Source of the DNA: Cyanidioschyzon merolae
Lineage: Eukaryota
DNA length: 64,000 bases
Assembly: GCA_000091205.1 (NCBI GenBank)
Contig: AP006486.2
Direction: 5' to 3' (one strand)
A program made the translations under genes and the position numbers. Under the pieces are notes generated by a model. That model ran no database searches, was not told where the DNA came from, and worked only from the letters and a program-made list of their open reading frames with translations. This document shows positions 10,801 to 21,165 of this stretch, in pieces. Numbering within the stretch: the first letter of the stretch is position 1; each line of letters begins with the position of its first letter.

Positions 10801-13800
10801 ATGGTATCATCTCCTGAACGTCAACGCGGTCGAAGGTATGAGAGCAGGGAAGCTGGAGGTGCAAGGGCCACTGGTCGTACAGATAGCCAATCGGGAAGCT
10901 CCGGGTACTCGAGCTCGCGGATTGAGAATACGCCTCTTGAACCGAATATCATCGGTGACCCGGAGACTGATCGACGTTTACCTGGGGCGTCTGTGGCTGG
11001 GAACGCTTCAGAATGGGGTCAGGTTCTCGGTGCATTGGAGTCTGCAGAGGAAGGAGAATCTTCGGACGAGGGATTGTTGGACGATAGTGCTGCAGATGCG
11101 GCCGAAGCAGACTCTGAGGTTTCCGGTGAGGATCTTTTGGAAAACATGGAACGCGACTACCTGCCCGACCCAGAGCGTGACCGTTATGAAATCGATCCGG
11201 AGGCGGAATATGACTCTGAGGCAATGGAGCAGATGGACCCAGTTACCCGTAGACTAGCTGATGCTGCGGTAGACAGGCGTCTGCGCGAGGCCCGTCGTGA
11301 GCGGGCCCGTCGCCGGGCAAGTCGCACGCGTTCACGTCTAATGCATATGTTATGGTCAGAGTCAGCGGAAAGCAGTTCTGAAATGCATTCCCTTCGTGCA
11401 AGTGCAGCTGACGCGTCCGAAAGCGGTGCAGAACGCACACCCCATAGTGGCTCGTCATCCTCGCCGCGAAGGCGACAGTCCCAACCGCCACTGACGTCGT
11501 CCCCAATTTCGACCAGTATCATGCTGGCAGACGGTCTGTCTTCCACAGCAGATCCACTCGATGATGGCGCTGAAGAGGGCAGTTTCCATTTGGATGATCA
11601 CGGTAGCGATATTCGATCGTGGCTGTGCCAGGAGCGCGCCCAACGCGCCTTGCAACGGCGCTTCATTACGTTTCTGCGGCAAGCCGTCGATGACACCACC
11701 GGCAGAGCGATCTACGTTGATCGCATCAAGCACATGTGCGCAGAGAACACCCAGAGCCTTGTTTTGAGCTATCACGACCTGATGACTGCGGACCCTCTGC
11801 TTGCTGTCTGGGTCTCTGAGGCTCCGGCCGAGGTGCTCCGCATCTTCGATGATGCAGCGATGCATTTTCTGCTCAGCATGTTTCCCCAGTATCGCACCAT
11901 CCACCGAGAGATCCATGTGCGCATCGCGGACTTGCCTATAAGCGACCCGCTGCGCGACATTCGGCAGGTGCATCTGAACTGTCTGATTCGAACATCAGGG
12001 GTGGTCACAAAGCGCAGCGCAGTACTCCCGCAGCTCAAGCTTGTCACGCTAACCTGCCGAGCATGCAGTGAATCGCTCGGTCCAATCGCTACCAATTCGT
12101 TGAATCCAGAAAAGTCCGTGAGATGCTGCGCGAGATGTGGGTCCAGGGGGCCCTTCGAGATCGACGCACAGCAGACTGTTTATGGTAACTATCAGAGAAT
12201 GCTGATTCAAGAGCCACCGGGTACGGTGCCTCCCGGACGCCTGCCTCGCTACAAAGAAGTGATATGCACTGGCGACCTGATCGATGTCGCACGACCCGGC
12301 GATCTCATCGAAGTGACTGGCATCTATCGTCACAGCTTCGACGCGTCGCTGAACTTGCGTCATGGATTTCCCGTTTTTGCGACCGTCATAGAGGCCAACT
12401 ATATCCGACGCCTGGACGGGGCTCTCGCTGAGCTCGACGCCCTCACCGACGAGGACGAGAAAACGATCCAGGCGCTCGCTCGTGATCCGTACCTGGCCGA
12501 GCGAGTCACAGCGACGATCGCGCCTTCCATTTACGGACACGAGAACGTGAAACGAGCCCTTGCGCTTGCGCTTTTCGGTGGTCAGGCGAAAGAGATCGGC
12601 GAGCGGCATCGTACCCGCGGCGATATTAATGTCCTTATTCTGGGGGATCCAGGCATGGCCAAGTCCCAGTTCCTCAAATATTTGGAGAAAGTCGCCCCGC
12701 GCGCTGTCTACACGACGGGAAAGGGTGCGTCGGCGGTGGGCCTCACAGCGGCTGTCCACAGGGATCCAGTCTCACGCGAATGGACCCTAGAGGGCGGCGC
12801 ACTCGTTCTCGCCGACCAGGGCGTGTGCCTTATTGATGAATTCGACAAAATGAATGATCAGGATCGCACCTCTATCCACGAGGCCATGGAGCAACAGAGC
12901 ATATCCATCTCTAAGGCTGGGATCGTTACGACCTTGCAGGCGCGCTGTGCGGTGATTGCGGCGGCGAATCCTACCAAAGGGCGCTACGATCCGGCGGTCT
13001 CATTCATGGAAAACGTGGACCTGACAGAGCCAATCCTGTCCCGTTTCGATGTGCTCTGTGTCGTGCGCGATGTTGTCGACCCGTCTGCTGACGAGCAGTT
13101 GGCGGATTTCGTTGTCCAGTCGCACATGCAGGCACATCCATACGGCGTCTTGATGACGTCCCGGAACGCGGGTGCTGAGCGTACCCACGGCAACGACAGT
13201 GCCGACGAAACCGACGTTGGTGCATCGCAGCCGCTGGTCCCAGTGCTGCCACTGTCGCAGCCTGCGGAGGCTGCCCCCGTGGAGGCACGAGATCCGCCAT
13301 CGACGACAGCAGTCTCGCCGACTAGGCCACTCGCAGGGGCTCTTGATCCGGTCAGCACATCTGGACGCATGTGCTCGCCAGGCGAGCGCCGGTTCGAGCC
13401 CATTCCTCAAGACCTCTTTCGCAAATACATCGTGTACGCACGCCGCCGCGTTCATCCACGTCTTGCCAACGTAGATGAGGAGAAGATCTCGCAGCTTTAC
13501 ATCGATCTGCGACGTGAGTCGCTTGCCTGCGGCGGTATGCCGATAGCGTTGCGACATCTCGAGTCTGTCATTCGACTCGCAGAGGCGCATGCGCGAATGC
13601 ATTTACGCTACCAAGTCATTGATGAGGATGTCAATGCTGCCATTGCAGTCATGCTCGAGTCGTTCTTCTCATCCCAGAAGTATTCGGTGATGCGCGGTCT
13701 GAAGCGAACCTTCCACAAGTACCTCGCCTTTCAACGCAACGACGACGAGCTGCTTCTCTACTTGATCAACGGTTTGGTGCGCGAGTATGCTTCCGCGGAA

Positions 13801-14073
13801 GCGGCAGCGCGTTCCGGAGCAGAGACGTACCAGTTGGCGCTTTCGCAGTCAGCATCGCAGGGCGCAGCTGGCCAAGGCCAGCGGGCATCGGGGTCGTCCG
13901 GCGCCACGTCTGCAGCGCTCTCCAGAACAGTTCGTGTTCCTCTTGTCGACTTTGAGAACCGCGCACGAGCGCTGGGCATCACCAATATCGAGCGCTTCTA
14001 TACGAGTGACCTCTTGCGCGCCCGACGTTTCGAGCTCGATCGCCGCCACGGTTACATCATCAAGCACATTTAA
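10801..14073 (+). CDS. MCM2: DNA replication licensing factor MCM2 (MCM family AAA+ helicase subunit)
   Basis: The AAA+ MCM box has Walker A 'GDPGMAKSQFLKY', Walker B 'CLIDEFDKM' and the arginine finger 'SRFD'. A C4 zinc finger 'CRAC...CCARCGS' is present, and 'GFPVFATVIEANYI' matches the MCM2 OB-fold region. The long Ser/Asp/Glu-rich N-terminal tail is typical of the MCM2 histone-binding region. The ORF opens at 10666, but the Met at 10801 (MVSSPERQ) is the more plausible start. Confidence 0.9.
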   Translation: MVSSPERQRGRRYESREAGGARATGRTDSQSGSSGYSSSRIENTPLEPNIIGDPETDRRLPGASVAGNASEWGQVLGALESAEEGESSDEGLLDDSAADAAEADSEVSGEDLLENMERDYLPDPERDRYEIDPEAEYDSEAMEQMDPVTRRLADAAVDRRLREARRERARRRASRTRSRLMHMLWSESAESSSEMHSLRASAADASESGAERTPHSGSSSSPRRRQSQPPLTSSPISTSIMLADGLSSTADPLDDGAEEGSFHLDDHGSDIRSWLCQERAQRALQRRFITFLRQAVDDTTGRAIYVDRIKHMCAENTQSLVLSYHDLMTADPLLAVWVSEAPAEVLRIFDDAAMHFLLSMFPQYRTIHREIHVRIADLPISDPLRDIRQVHLNCLIRTSGVVTKRSAVLPQLKLVTLTCRACSESLGPIATNSLNPEKSVRCCARCGSRGPFEIDAQQTVYGNYQRMLIQEPPGTVPPGRLPRYKEVICTGDLIDVARPGDLIEVTGIYRHSFDASLNLRHGFPVFATVIEANYIRRLDGALAELDALTDEDEKTIQALARDPYLAERVTATIAPSIYGHENVKRALALALFGGQAKEIGERHRTRGDINVLILGDPGMAKSQFLKYLEKVAPRAVYTTGKGASAVGLTAAVHRDPVSREWTLEGGALVLADQGVCLIDEFDKMNDQDRTSIHEAMEQQSISISKAGIVTTLQARCAVIAAANPTKGRYDPAVSFMENVDLTEPILSRFDVLCVVRDVVDPSADEQLADFVVQSHMQAHPYGVLMTSRNAGAERTHGNDSADETDVGASQPLVPVLPLSQPAEAAPVEARDPPSTTAVSPTRPLAGALDPVSTSGRMCSPGERRFEPIPQDLFRKYIVYARRRVHPRLANVDEEKISQLYIDLRRESLACGGMPIALRHLESVIRLAEAHARMHLRYQVIDEDVNAAIAVMLESFFSSQKYSVMRGLKRTFHKYLAFQRNDDELLLYLINGLVREYASAEAAARSGAETYQLALSQSASQGAAGQGQRASGSSGATSAALSRTVRVPLVDFENRARALGITNIERFYTSDLLRARRFELDRRHGYIIKHI

Positions 14074-14179
14074 ACCTATCTGCTGGTATATCTGGTGAGG
14101 CCTGGTACGCCCCGAGGCACTGCCGCTGACTAAGCAAGCACCAGCTTTACGCTCTCGAGCAGTCCTGGCGACCGCTGCT

Positions 14180-14704
14180 CTAGCCCAGAACGCCTAGATA
14201 GTCGGCCCGCAGCGTCCCGACGGCCGCGATCTCCGTAGCGTCACGACGCATACCCACAATACGCAAGCGTACCATGGTGCCTACCTCTAATCGATCCTCG
14301 CTACCCTGAACAACAGAGGCGAAGCACTGCTCGCTATCGTCAAACTCCATGTCACTGGGGACGTTACGCGCGCTCACGAAAACGCTGAGCGGTCCGACCG
14401 CCACGAATACCCCGTGTCGCGTAACCGATGCGATGACACCGTCCAGAACCTCACCCAAGAACGGTCGATATACCAGCGCTTTGTAACGAAGTCGAAAGAT
14501 AGCGTGTCCGGTTCCGGGAAGGATTCTACCGGGCGGGAGTGGTCGCTCGACCTCGACCACGGCGAGCAGGTAACCATAGAGGCCGGAGGTTGTTCCCTCG
14601 GTCAGTGTCAGCAGTCGATTGATGACGTGATCGGGAAGCTTTGCGTGAAAATGTCTCGGATGAACCGTGACGCTTTTTGTGAGTTCCAGTATAAAGAACG
14701 CCAT
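14180..14704 (-). CDS. RPB7: DNA-directed RNA polymerase subunit RPB7 (Rpb7/Rpc25 family, best fit Pol II Rpb7)
   Basis: The 174-aa product 'MAFFILELTKSVTVHPRHF...GRILPGTGHAIFRLRYKALVYRPFLGEVLDGVIASVTRHGVFVAVGPLSVFVS...IAAVGTLRADYLGVLG' aligns along its whole length with Rpb7. Shared blocks are MFF..L...HP, GRILP, Y+A.VF+PF.GEV.DG.V, HG.F.VGP..VFV and IGSIKEDYLG. Confidence 0.78.
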   Translation of the reverse strand: MAFFILELTKSVTVHPRHFHAKLPDHVINRLLTLTEGTTSGLYGYLLAVVEVERPLPPGRILPGTGHAIFRLRYKALVYRPFLGEVLDGVIASVTRHGVFVAVGPLSVFVSARNVPSDMEFDDSEQCFASVVQGSEDRLEVGTMVRLRIVGMRRDATEIAAVGTLRADYLGVLG

Positions 14705-15924
14705 CAGCAGCTACTGCACAACAACATCCACCGCCACCTTTCGTCGAGGAGCAAGCACCAGCCGGTGAGGCTGTGCAGCGGTTACACACCGCAGCAACGC
14801 GCTACGGCCTCAACATGCATCCAAATGAGTCAAACGTGACAAAACAACGGGAACTAGTCACTGATGTGTTGCACCTGTACCGGCAGACGCGATACGGACC
14901 CGTCACTAGCAACCCGATAACAGTGTCGTTGCAGCTTCATGGAAAGCATCGCAAGCGGGGGAAAGGTTTCCGTACTCTGGAACGTTTACTTTCTAGGTGG
15001 ACGGTTCCGCGAGCGGGACTAGACTGCCAGGTCTGGTGCTTCTTGCTCGGCCCAGTGTGGCGGGTGCTTTCGTGAGATCTGAACAGCTCGTCCACAACGC
15101 AGTTTATTCTGGGACTAGGGGCCGGTTATTTGCATCCGGGTGTCGTCCTGGTTGCGGTGGTCTCCGAGCATATCGCTTCGCCTAGTCGCCGGCATTCGGT
15201 TTGTTTGCGCAGCGTACCGGCCCGCACGGCGTGATCATGTAGCCCGCGGACCCTCTATCAAGGGAAGCATTCCTCGTGCCGACCCACCGCCAGTTATATG
15301 ACAAGGCCGTTCCGCGTACGTGCTGCATCCGCACCGGCGGTCTAGGCGCTATGGCGGGTGCAGCAAGGCAAGCACTCGGCATACGCTAGAACGTACGAAC
15401 ACGACCAGTGCATCCGAGAGGAAGAAGACGTGATGGAACTTTGAGGTAGAGTGCATCGTCATGGACGCTTTTCCGAGTGCCAGTATGCATTCCGCAATCC
15501 GGAGTCTATGCTCAATGTAAATATTTTGTCAAACAGACAGAAAAACACACCCGGCAACGTTGAATGCCCCGCCCAGCGCCGGTGTGCGCCCCGTGCGGGA
15601 CCCGTAAGCGCCATGTGCACTGGATGAGCGCTTTGGTCTCATCGTTGAAATGATCTGGATGTTGTTGGACGTTCGATGGTTGCCATCAAGACGAGAAGAG
15701 AGCGAGTCTGCTCCAAATAGCACCCCGTTTCCCAGCGCTCAAGAACAGACGTCCGGTCGGGAACAGGGATGCGTTCAGTCGACTTCGTACATTCGAGTTT
15801 TCCGTACGCGCCGGATGCACTGCACGAGTTCCCCTACGATACAGAACACTGAGTCCGTGCTTGAATCATCAACTGAATGAAGATGTAACGAATGAGCACT
15901 GCACAGTAGCGGCGCTATCATTCA

Positions 15925-16172
15925 ATCAATCATTCACTCAATGTTTCTTTCTTTCATGCAATCATCCATTCAATCACTCATGCTTTCTTTGACTCATTCA
16001 CTCAATGTTTCTTTCTTTCATGCAATCATCCATTCAATCATTCACGCTTTCTTTCTTTCACTCATTCAATTACTCAATCTTTCCTTCTTTTCATCCAATC
16101 ATCCATTCAATTATTCACGCTTTCTTTCTTTCACTCATTCAATCACTCAATCTTTCTTTCTTTCTTTCAAAA
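15925..16172. repeat. Tandem repeat, ~64-bp unit × ~3.8, G-depleted and pyrimidine-rich on the + strand
   Basis: The unit is ~'cattcactcaatgtttctttctttcatgcaatcatccattcaatcactcatgctttctttgact' and is repeated head-to-tail. The + strand is almost G-free with (CTTT)n runs. It lies in the divergent intergenic region between RPB7 (−) and the Nudix gene (+). Confidence 0.85.
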
Positions 16173-16400
16173 TGGCTGATGCGCACGTGCTCGCCTCTGC
16201 GGTATTCGTAACGCACTCGGCGTTGCTGAACGCAACGTGTATTTTTTTGTCAAACCTATTACGTTCTGCAACTTCACGCGCACCACAAACGTCAGTGAGA
16301 AGCGTCTTCCGCGAACGACGGCTCGTTACGCGGCAGATCCACTTCACGGTAGCGTTTACAGGTCGCTTGCACGAGCTACAACGACACAGCACGGTGGGCA

Positions 16401-17177
16401 ATGTTCTGCACCTTGGCCGGCTACCGTTGGCTGAACAGTGGCTCGCTACTGAGACGTTTGTCGCAGCGAGCAGTGCGCCGCTTGCCGACAGCACCGCTGT
16501 GCCACCTGCACAACGGCGCCACTGAAAGCGCAGCCTCAAACGGAGCTCTACGCATTGTCGACGAAAAGGTTGCCTACCGACGCTATGCAACCGTGTTTGA
16601 ACGAACTGTACAGTACCCGGACGGCCGCCACGTCACTTATGACATTCTCGGTCAGCCGGCCGTTCAGAGCGCCTCGGTGCTGGTGTTTCCCTTTGATACG
16701 CAAAGCAAAACCTGCTACGTTATTCGAGAGTACTGTCCAGGTCCGAACCGTGTACTCTATGGCTTTCCAGCTGGTATGGTCGAAACGAAACACGAATCAT
16801 TGGAAGCCGCTGCTCGGGCAGAGCTTTCGGAGGAAGCACATCTGCGTTGTGCGCAACTCATCGATCTGACAGCTCAGGCCGCAGTTTGGGAGCGGTCCTT
16901 CGAAGTGCCGAATACCGCATCAGATGCTGAGAACTGTCTGCGAGGATTCTTCGCTGACAAGTACTCCCGGAATGTCTGCAAAATGTATTTGGCGTTGAAT
17001 CCCGAGCCCGATGGACACCCCGGCTCGATGGACGCTGAGGAGCTTATCGAGCAGGTTGGTGCGGTACGGGTGCCGCAGTTGGAAGCGTGGCTCTGGAGTG
17101 GTCAAATGACCATGCCACACATGCTGCTCGCGATGTGCGCGTTGACTTACCTGCGACAGCGCGGGATGCTGACGTAG
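16401..17177 (+). CDS. Nudix hydrolase (ADP-sugar/ADP-ribose pyrophosphatase-like)
   Basis: The Nudix box 'GFPAGMVETKHESLEAAARAELSEEAHL' fits GX5EX7REUXEEXGU. The upstream region 'YRRYATVFERTVQYPDGRHVTYDIL' resembles ADP-ribose pyrophosphatase N-terminal domains. The Arg/Ser-rich N-terminus (MFCTLAGYRWLNSGSLLRRLSQRAVRRL) looks like an organellar presequence. Confidence 0.7.
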   Translation: MFCTLAGYRWLNSGSLLRRLSQRAVRRLPTAPLCHLHNGATESAASNGALRIVDEKVAYRRYATVFERTVQYPDGRHVTYDILGQPAVQSASVLVFPFDTQSKTCYVIREYCPGPNRVLYGFPAGMVETKHESLEAAARAELSEEAHLRCAQLIDLTAQAAVWERSFEVPNTASDAENCLRGFFADKYSRNVCKMYLALNPEPDGHPGSMDAEELIEQVGAVRVPQLEAWLWSGQMTMPHMLLAMCALTYLRQRGMLT

Positions 17178-18600
17178 CGCTCTCGGTCGTTTTCGCAGTC
17201 GATTGCTAGACCAGAGCTCAGCACGCTCTGCGCACGATGTCCATGGTCGGGCAGAGACCCTTATGGAATGCATCCGCGACGTGACTCTAGTCGTCGTTGT
17301 GTGCGATAGGCGACTTTCTCAAGCGTGCATGTACGTACTCTTTTGTCGCTGCGATGTGCTTCGAACATGACCCATCACGGCTGGTTCGGGTCTAAACGTA
17401 AAGAACCTCCAATCCAGTGGAGACGTGGGTGCGCATGATTCGTATGTCTGTGCGGGCTCCAGATCTTTGGGAGAACAAGCTACGGACAGCTGCATCCCGA
17501 GCAAACCCCGTACTGGTTAACGTGAAGGATAAACTCGCCAGGAGGCTCAGATGTCGAGCGCGTCGCAGCGTTGACATCGGATTCAGAGCTTTTGGTAGGC
17601 GCTTGTTTGCAGAACACCTCCGAACTCATCCAGAGACACTTGCATGCGCTTCTCTGGACTGATACCAAGTACGGCAGCTTTGCGGAAAATGGATAACCTT
17701 GCCAGGTCGAAGCAGCGCGCGAATGGACCGGCGATCGTGTCGGTGTACCGCGGGATGATGTTGTTCCAGAATACTTTAGGAGGCGGCTACGCCCGCCGTA
17801 GGACATTCGGTTCAGGTTTATGTAGCGGATAGATGCCATTCCGGGATACACTGGATGGCGGTTTCGCCCGCTGGAGCCCGTTCTGATACGGGAGCATCTG
17901 CCCTCTCGTTTACGCGCTTTCCAGCCACGATTGTTCGCTAAGGGCGCGCTCCATAGCCTGCACGGCGAATGCTCCGGGTTGTCGTAGGCGTCCGCGCGCT
18001 GCGTTTACAGCAGCGCCGCTCGTCCCGTCGACAACCCCAGTCTAACGTTCCTGATCCCGTCCACAGTTCATGCACGTTGCTGTGGATGCTGCAACAGAGC
18101 TGACTCCGCCTCCGATCACCAGCCACAATTCAAGACGCCGCTGGACGGAACGACGCGCCCGCGCTCTCTTCGATGCACATGGCATCGTTGACGTCGCCGA
18201 TGACCTCGGTGCGTACCTGCAACATCGCCAGCACGGCACGTCTGAGCAAGCGCACGGCTAGCACCGTCGGAGGCAAGCTCGTCGCGTGGCGGGAACTTGA
18301 CGGCACAGTCGCTTCGAGTCCATGATTCGTATGCCTGTCCGTGTGGGCGTATAGGTGACTCGAGTCCGCATGGTGTGCAGTTGAAGATGAACCCACTCCC
18401 TGGATCAGGGGCACGGTGGCGGAACATGCACCGGATCCAGGTATCGACCACGACGTACCGTTCACGTGCACCGTTGCTGCGTGGCTACCCAGACGCTCCC
18501 GAAAGGATCCAGTGGGCAATATGGCTGCAGCGGCGCTTGAAGAACTGTGGTTCGGTCGCAGGCATAGGGTCCTGCACAACATCGACGCCGCCGGCGTTCG

Positions 18601-18816
18601 CTAAACTTTGCGAATCGGTCGAATGATGGGATTCATTTGATCCATGTAGCACATGATCCACATGAACCACATACAGAATCCCGACATAAACACAGTAAGC
18701 CGCGCAATGGCGTAAACATCTGCGTTTTTCCGCCAGATCATACCCACCACGAACCAAGATACTAGCGTTAGGACGACAAACAGCAAACTGCCTGCAACGA
18801 TGCCACCCCATGCCAT
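18601..18816 (-). CDS. V-type H+-ATPase subunit e (Vma9/ATP6V0E-like), ~71 aa
   Basis: The product 'MAWGGIVAGSLLFVVLTLVSWFVVGMIWRKNADVYAIARLTVFMSGFCMWFMWIMCYMDQMNPIIRPIRKV' has two TM helices. Its C-terminal 'Y.FW...ILAQLNPLFGP'-like motif (here WIMCYMDQMNPIIRP) is characteristic of V0 subunit e. I used the internal Met at 18816; the in-frame upstream ORF extension to 19410 is low-complexity and probably not coding. Confidence 0.55.
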   Translation of the reverse strand: MAWGGIVAGSLLFVVLTLVSWFVVGMIWRKNADVYAIARLTVFMSGFCMWFMWIMCYMDQMNPIIRPIRKV

Positions 18817-19858
18817 GGCTGCCAGACGAGTCAGCAGAATAAGGGCTGCAAGACCAGCTGCACCAAGCAGTGTCCAGCGACAGGCTGAGGCCAGTCGGCG
18901 AAGCGGCCTGCCCAGCTGACTCGAGAGACCGACCCGGCGGTCTGTGTTTCCACCGGCCCCGAACTTGCCACCAGCACGTTGGGACTGAACGAGCCCTTCC
19001 TCCAGATATGCTGGCAAGGTATCAGTGAGTCGCGGATACAACGCGTCTCCGACTGCCAGTGCGCTCACCGAGGTTCCTGTGGCGGGCACTCGCGTTGGCA
19101 CGCTGCGCAAAGTTACAGCACCAGTGTACTCAGTAGAGGTGCCAGTGCCGCTTGTTTTGTGAGAAAGGAGCAGGGCTGTCTGACCTCGCGAAGGGCGCTG
19201 CGTCTGTGGGAACCCGCCGTTTACGAGCTCCGCTCCAGAGAGCGTTAGAAAGTGACCAGAATGTGCGTCGTCGTGGTCGTCGTCGCCGGTTGCCGCAGCA
19301 CGTAGACGCGTCAAGAGCTGCGTTCGCCACCGCTGAAACGAGTCGTCTCCAGCTCTCGAGTCGTGTGAGTTTTTCCGCTTGCGTTGCTCCAAACGAGGCC
19401 GTTCGGGCATACACGGTTCGAGTGACCCTGCCCAAAACGCACGGTCTCCGCTTTTGCGTCCTTCTAACTGTTCTCCGCACTAGGACGCTGTCTGGCTTCG
19501 AGCGCGCCGGAAGCACGAACCTTCCTCGCCCAAAACGAAACCTGACGTCGTACTTCAAACTGACGCCGTTTCGTTGACGCTTATTTTCGGGCAGATAGCA
19601 ATGGTAAACAGAATCTTTATGATATCCAAAGAAATCTGCCGCTTCCAGCGTCGTACAAGCACACTCCAGCGTACAGCGAACCCACAACACAGCGTGCAGC
19701 TTCGGGTCCACAGCTAGGCACCCGTGCGACTCGCTCTTCCAATGATAATCGATGCATCGTGTCGGGTGCGCCGGCGTCAGCGCACGCTGCCGATAACCGC
19801 AGAAGACACCTGCACCGCACTGCATACCCATTTGCTTGCCGTAAACTCCAGCCCAGTG

Positions 19859-19896
19859 TGTTATGTGTGTTATGTGTGTTGTGTGTGTGTGTCTGG
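19859..19896. repeat. Microsatellite (GTTATGTGT)2(GT)n
   Basis: 'gttatgtgtgttatgtgtgttgtgtgtgtgtgtctgg' is seen directly in the sequence. Confidence 0.9.
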
Positions 19897-20370
19897 CGAC
19901 TTCACCGGTCCAGTGATGCTCAAGCACAGCGGCTCCAGCAGGCGCTTCCCGCTGCGCCAACTTTTCGAGCGCCGGGATCGTTTACACTGCGAGTGAATCC
20001 CCGGTTGCGCGATGACGATCGGCATCCAGGAGAAGATGCATCATGTCACGCCAGATCTCGGGGGTTTCAACAGCCACCTAGCAGCTAGCAGCTAGCACCT
20101 CGCAGCAGCTCGCAACAGAGCTTTCTTGCATGCGCGTAGGGCATGCACGATGCTGTGCGCGTAAAATGCGACATAGCTTCCCAGAGCGATACGTCGGCGG
20201 TGGTGCGATCGCCCGCTGCCCCATTCTACGGATCATTATCAACATCTAGCGGGGGCGTCATCGTCGTCGTCGTCGAATCTGCCGTGCGTACGGCGACGGG
20301 TCCCTTGACCTGCGTCGCTGTACGAGGCGCTGCAACGTAGGCTGGTGCCTGCGCTGAACCCAGGTGTACA

Positions 20371-21165
20371 GTGCACCGTCGCGTTACAGCGATGCTGGCC
20401 GCGACTAGTACGGCAGTCGACGAGACTGGCGATCAGCATAGTGCTGTCTCCACGAGCGACAGTGACGAGTGGGTCGTGGAGGCCGCCGCTCTTGGAGTTT
20501 TGCAGGGCAAAAAGGTGAGTGAGTTCATCAACGACACGGACGCGTTGCGAGCAGTCACACGGGAGCTAGCTCCCTCGACAAAGGATAGTGTTGATATGGA
20601 GCGTTCACAATTTGCAGAGCGGTTTCAGGTAACTGTCCCGAGTGTCTTGGAGTTACCCGGTGGAACTGACATCAACCAGGACCAGGAACTGGAGACGCGC
20701 TTCCGGGCAATAGCGGCACTGGGAGCGTGGATCGGCACTGAATGGTGTGCAGCACACGGTATCCGAACAGAGCGTCCTGCGGACTATTTCGCGGAAATGC
20801 TCAAGTCCGACGATCACATGGCACGCGTGCGCAAGGCGCTGCTCGAGGAGCGCCAACGCCTCCACGAAATTCAGCGAATACGTGCTGAAGCACTGACACG
20901 TTTGGAGGCAAAGCGGCGACAGCGGGAAGCCCGAGTGCGTCTGCAGGAGTCCAAGCGTGCAGGTTTTGCCGAAGTCGAACAGTGGAAGCGCGAACAGGGT
21001 CTAAGTTCGGGCCAGGCGGTCGGCAGCGAGCGGTACAGGCAGCGAGTGGTTCAGCGAAATCACTCGAAAGCAGCGGGGAGACCTCGGGGGAAAAGACGAG
21101 AAATCAAAAAACGACCGGGAAAGAAGCGACGTGAGCAGCTTCGTGCGCGGCGGCAGCAGTCGTAA
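20371..21165 (+). CDS. EBP2: rRNA-processing protein EBP2 (EBNA1-binding protein 2 homologue)
   Basis: 'DYFAEMLKSDDHMARVRKALLEERQR' matches the conserved Ebp2 block (DYFAEM.KSD.HM.K.R.KL). The central region is coiled-coil. The basic C-terminus 'GRPRGKRREIKKRPGKKRREQLRARRQ' matches the Ebp2 C-terminal 'GKK...KRPGK..R' motif. Confidence 0.6.
   Translation: MHRRVTAMLAATSTAVDETGDQHSAVSTSDSDEWVVEAAALGVLQGKKVSEFINDTDALRAVTRELAPSTKDSVDMERSQFAERFQVTVPSVLELPGGTDINQDQELETRFRAIAALGAWIGTEWCAAHGIRTERPADYFAEMLKSDDHMARVRKALLEERQRLHEIQRIRAEALTRLEAKRRQREARVRLQESKRAGFAEVEQWKREQGLSSGQAVGSERYRQRVVQRNHSKAAGRPRGKRREIKKRPGKKRREQLRARRQQS

Noticed and set aside
15941-16525. 194-aa and 68-aa ORFs encoding repetitive 'FLSFMQSSIQS...' peptides
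   Set aside because: They are a translation of the 64-bp pyrimidine-rich tandem repeat, so the periodic peptide is an artefact of the DNA repeat. The real downstream gene (Nudix) starts in another ORF at 16401.
19130-19960. 276-aa minus-strand ORF between V-ATPase e and EBP2
   Set aside because: It contains a 'THITHITHW' translation of the (GTTATGTGT)n microsatellite and Arg-rich low-complexity sequence. A Cys/His-rich stretch (CGAGVFCGY...HGC...CTLECAC) was considered as a small Zn-binding domain, but it matches no family signature I can name.
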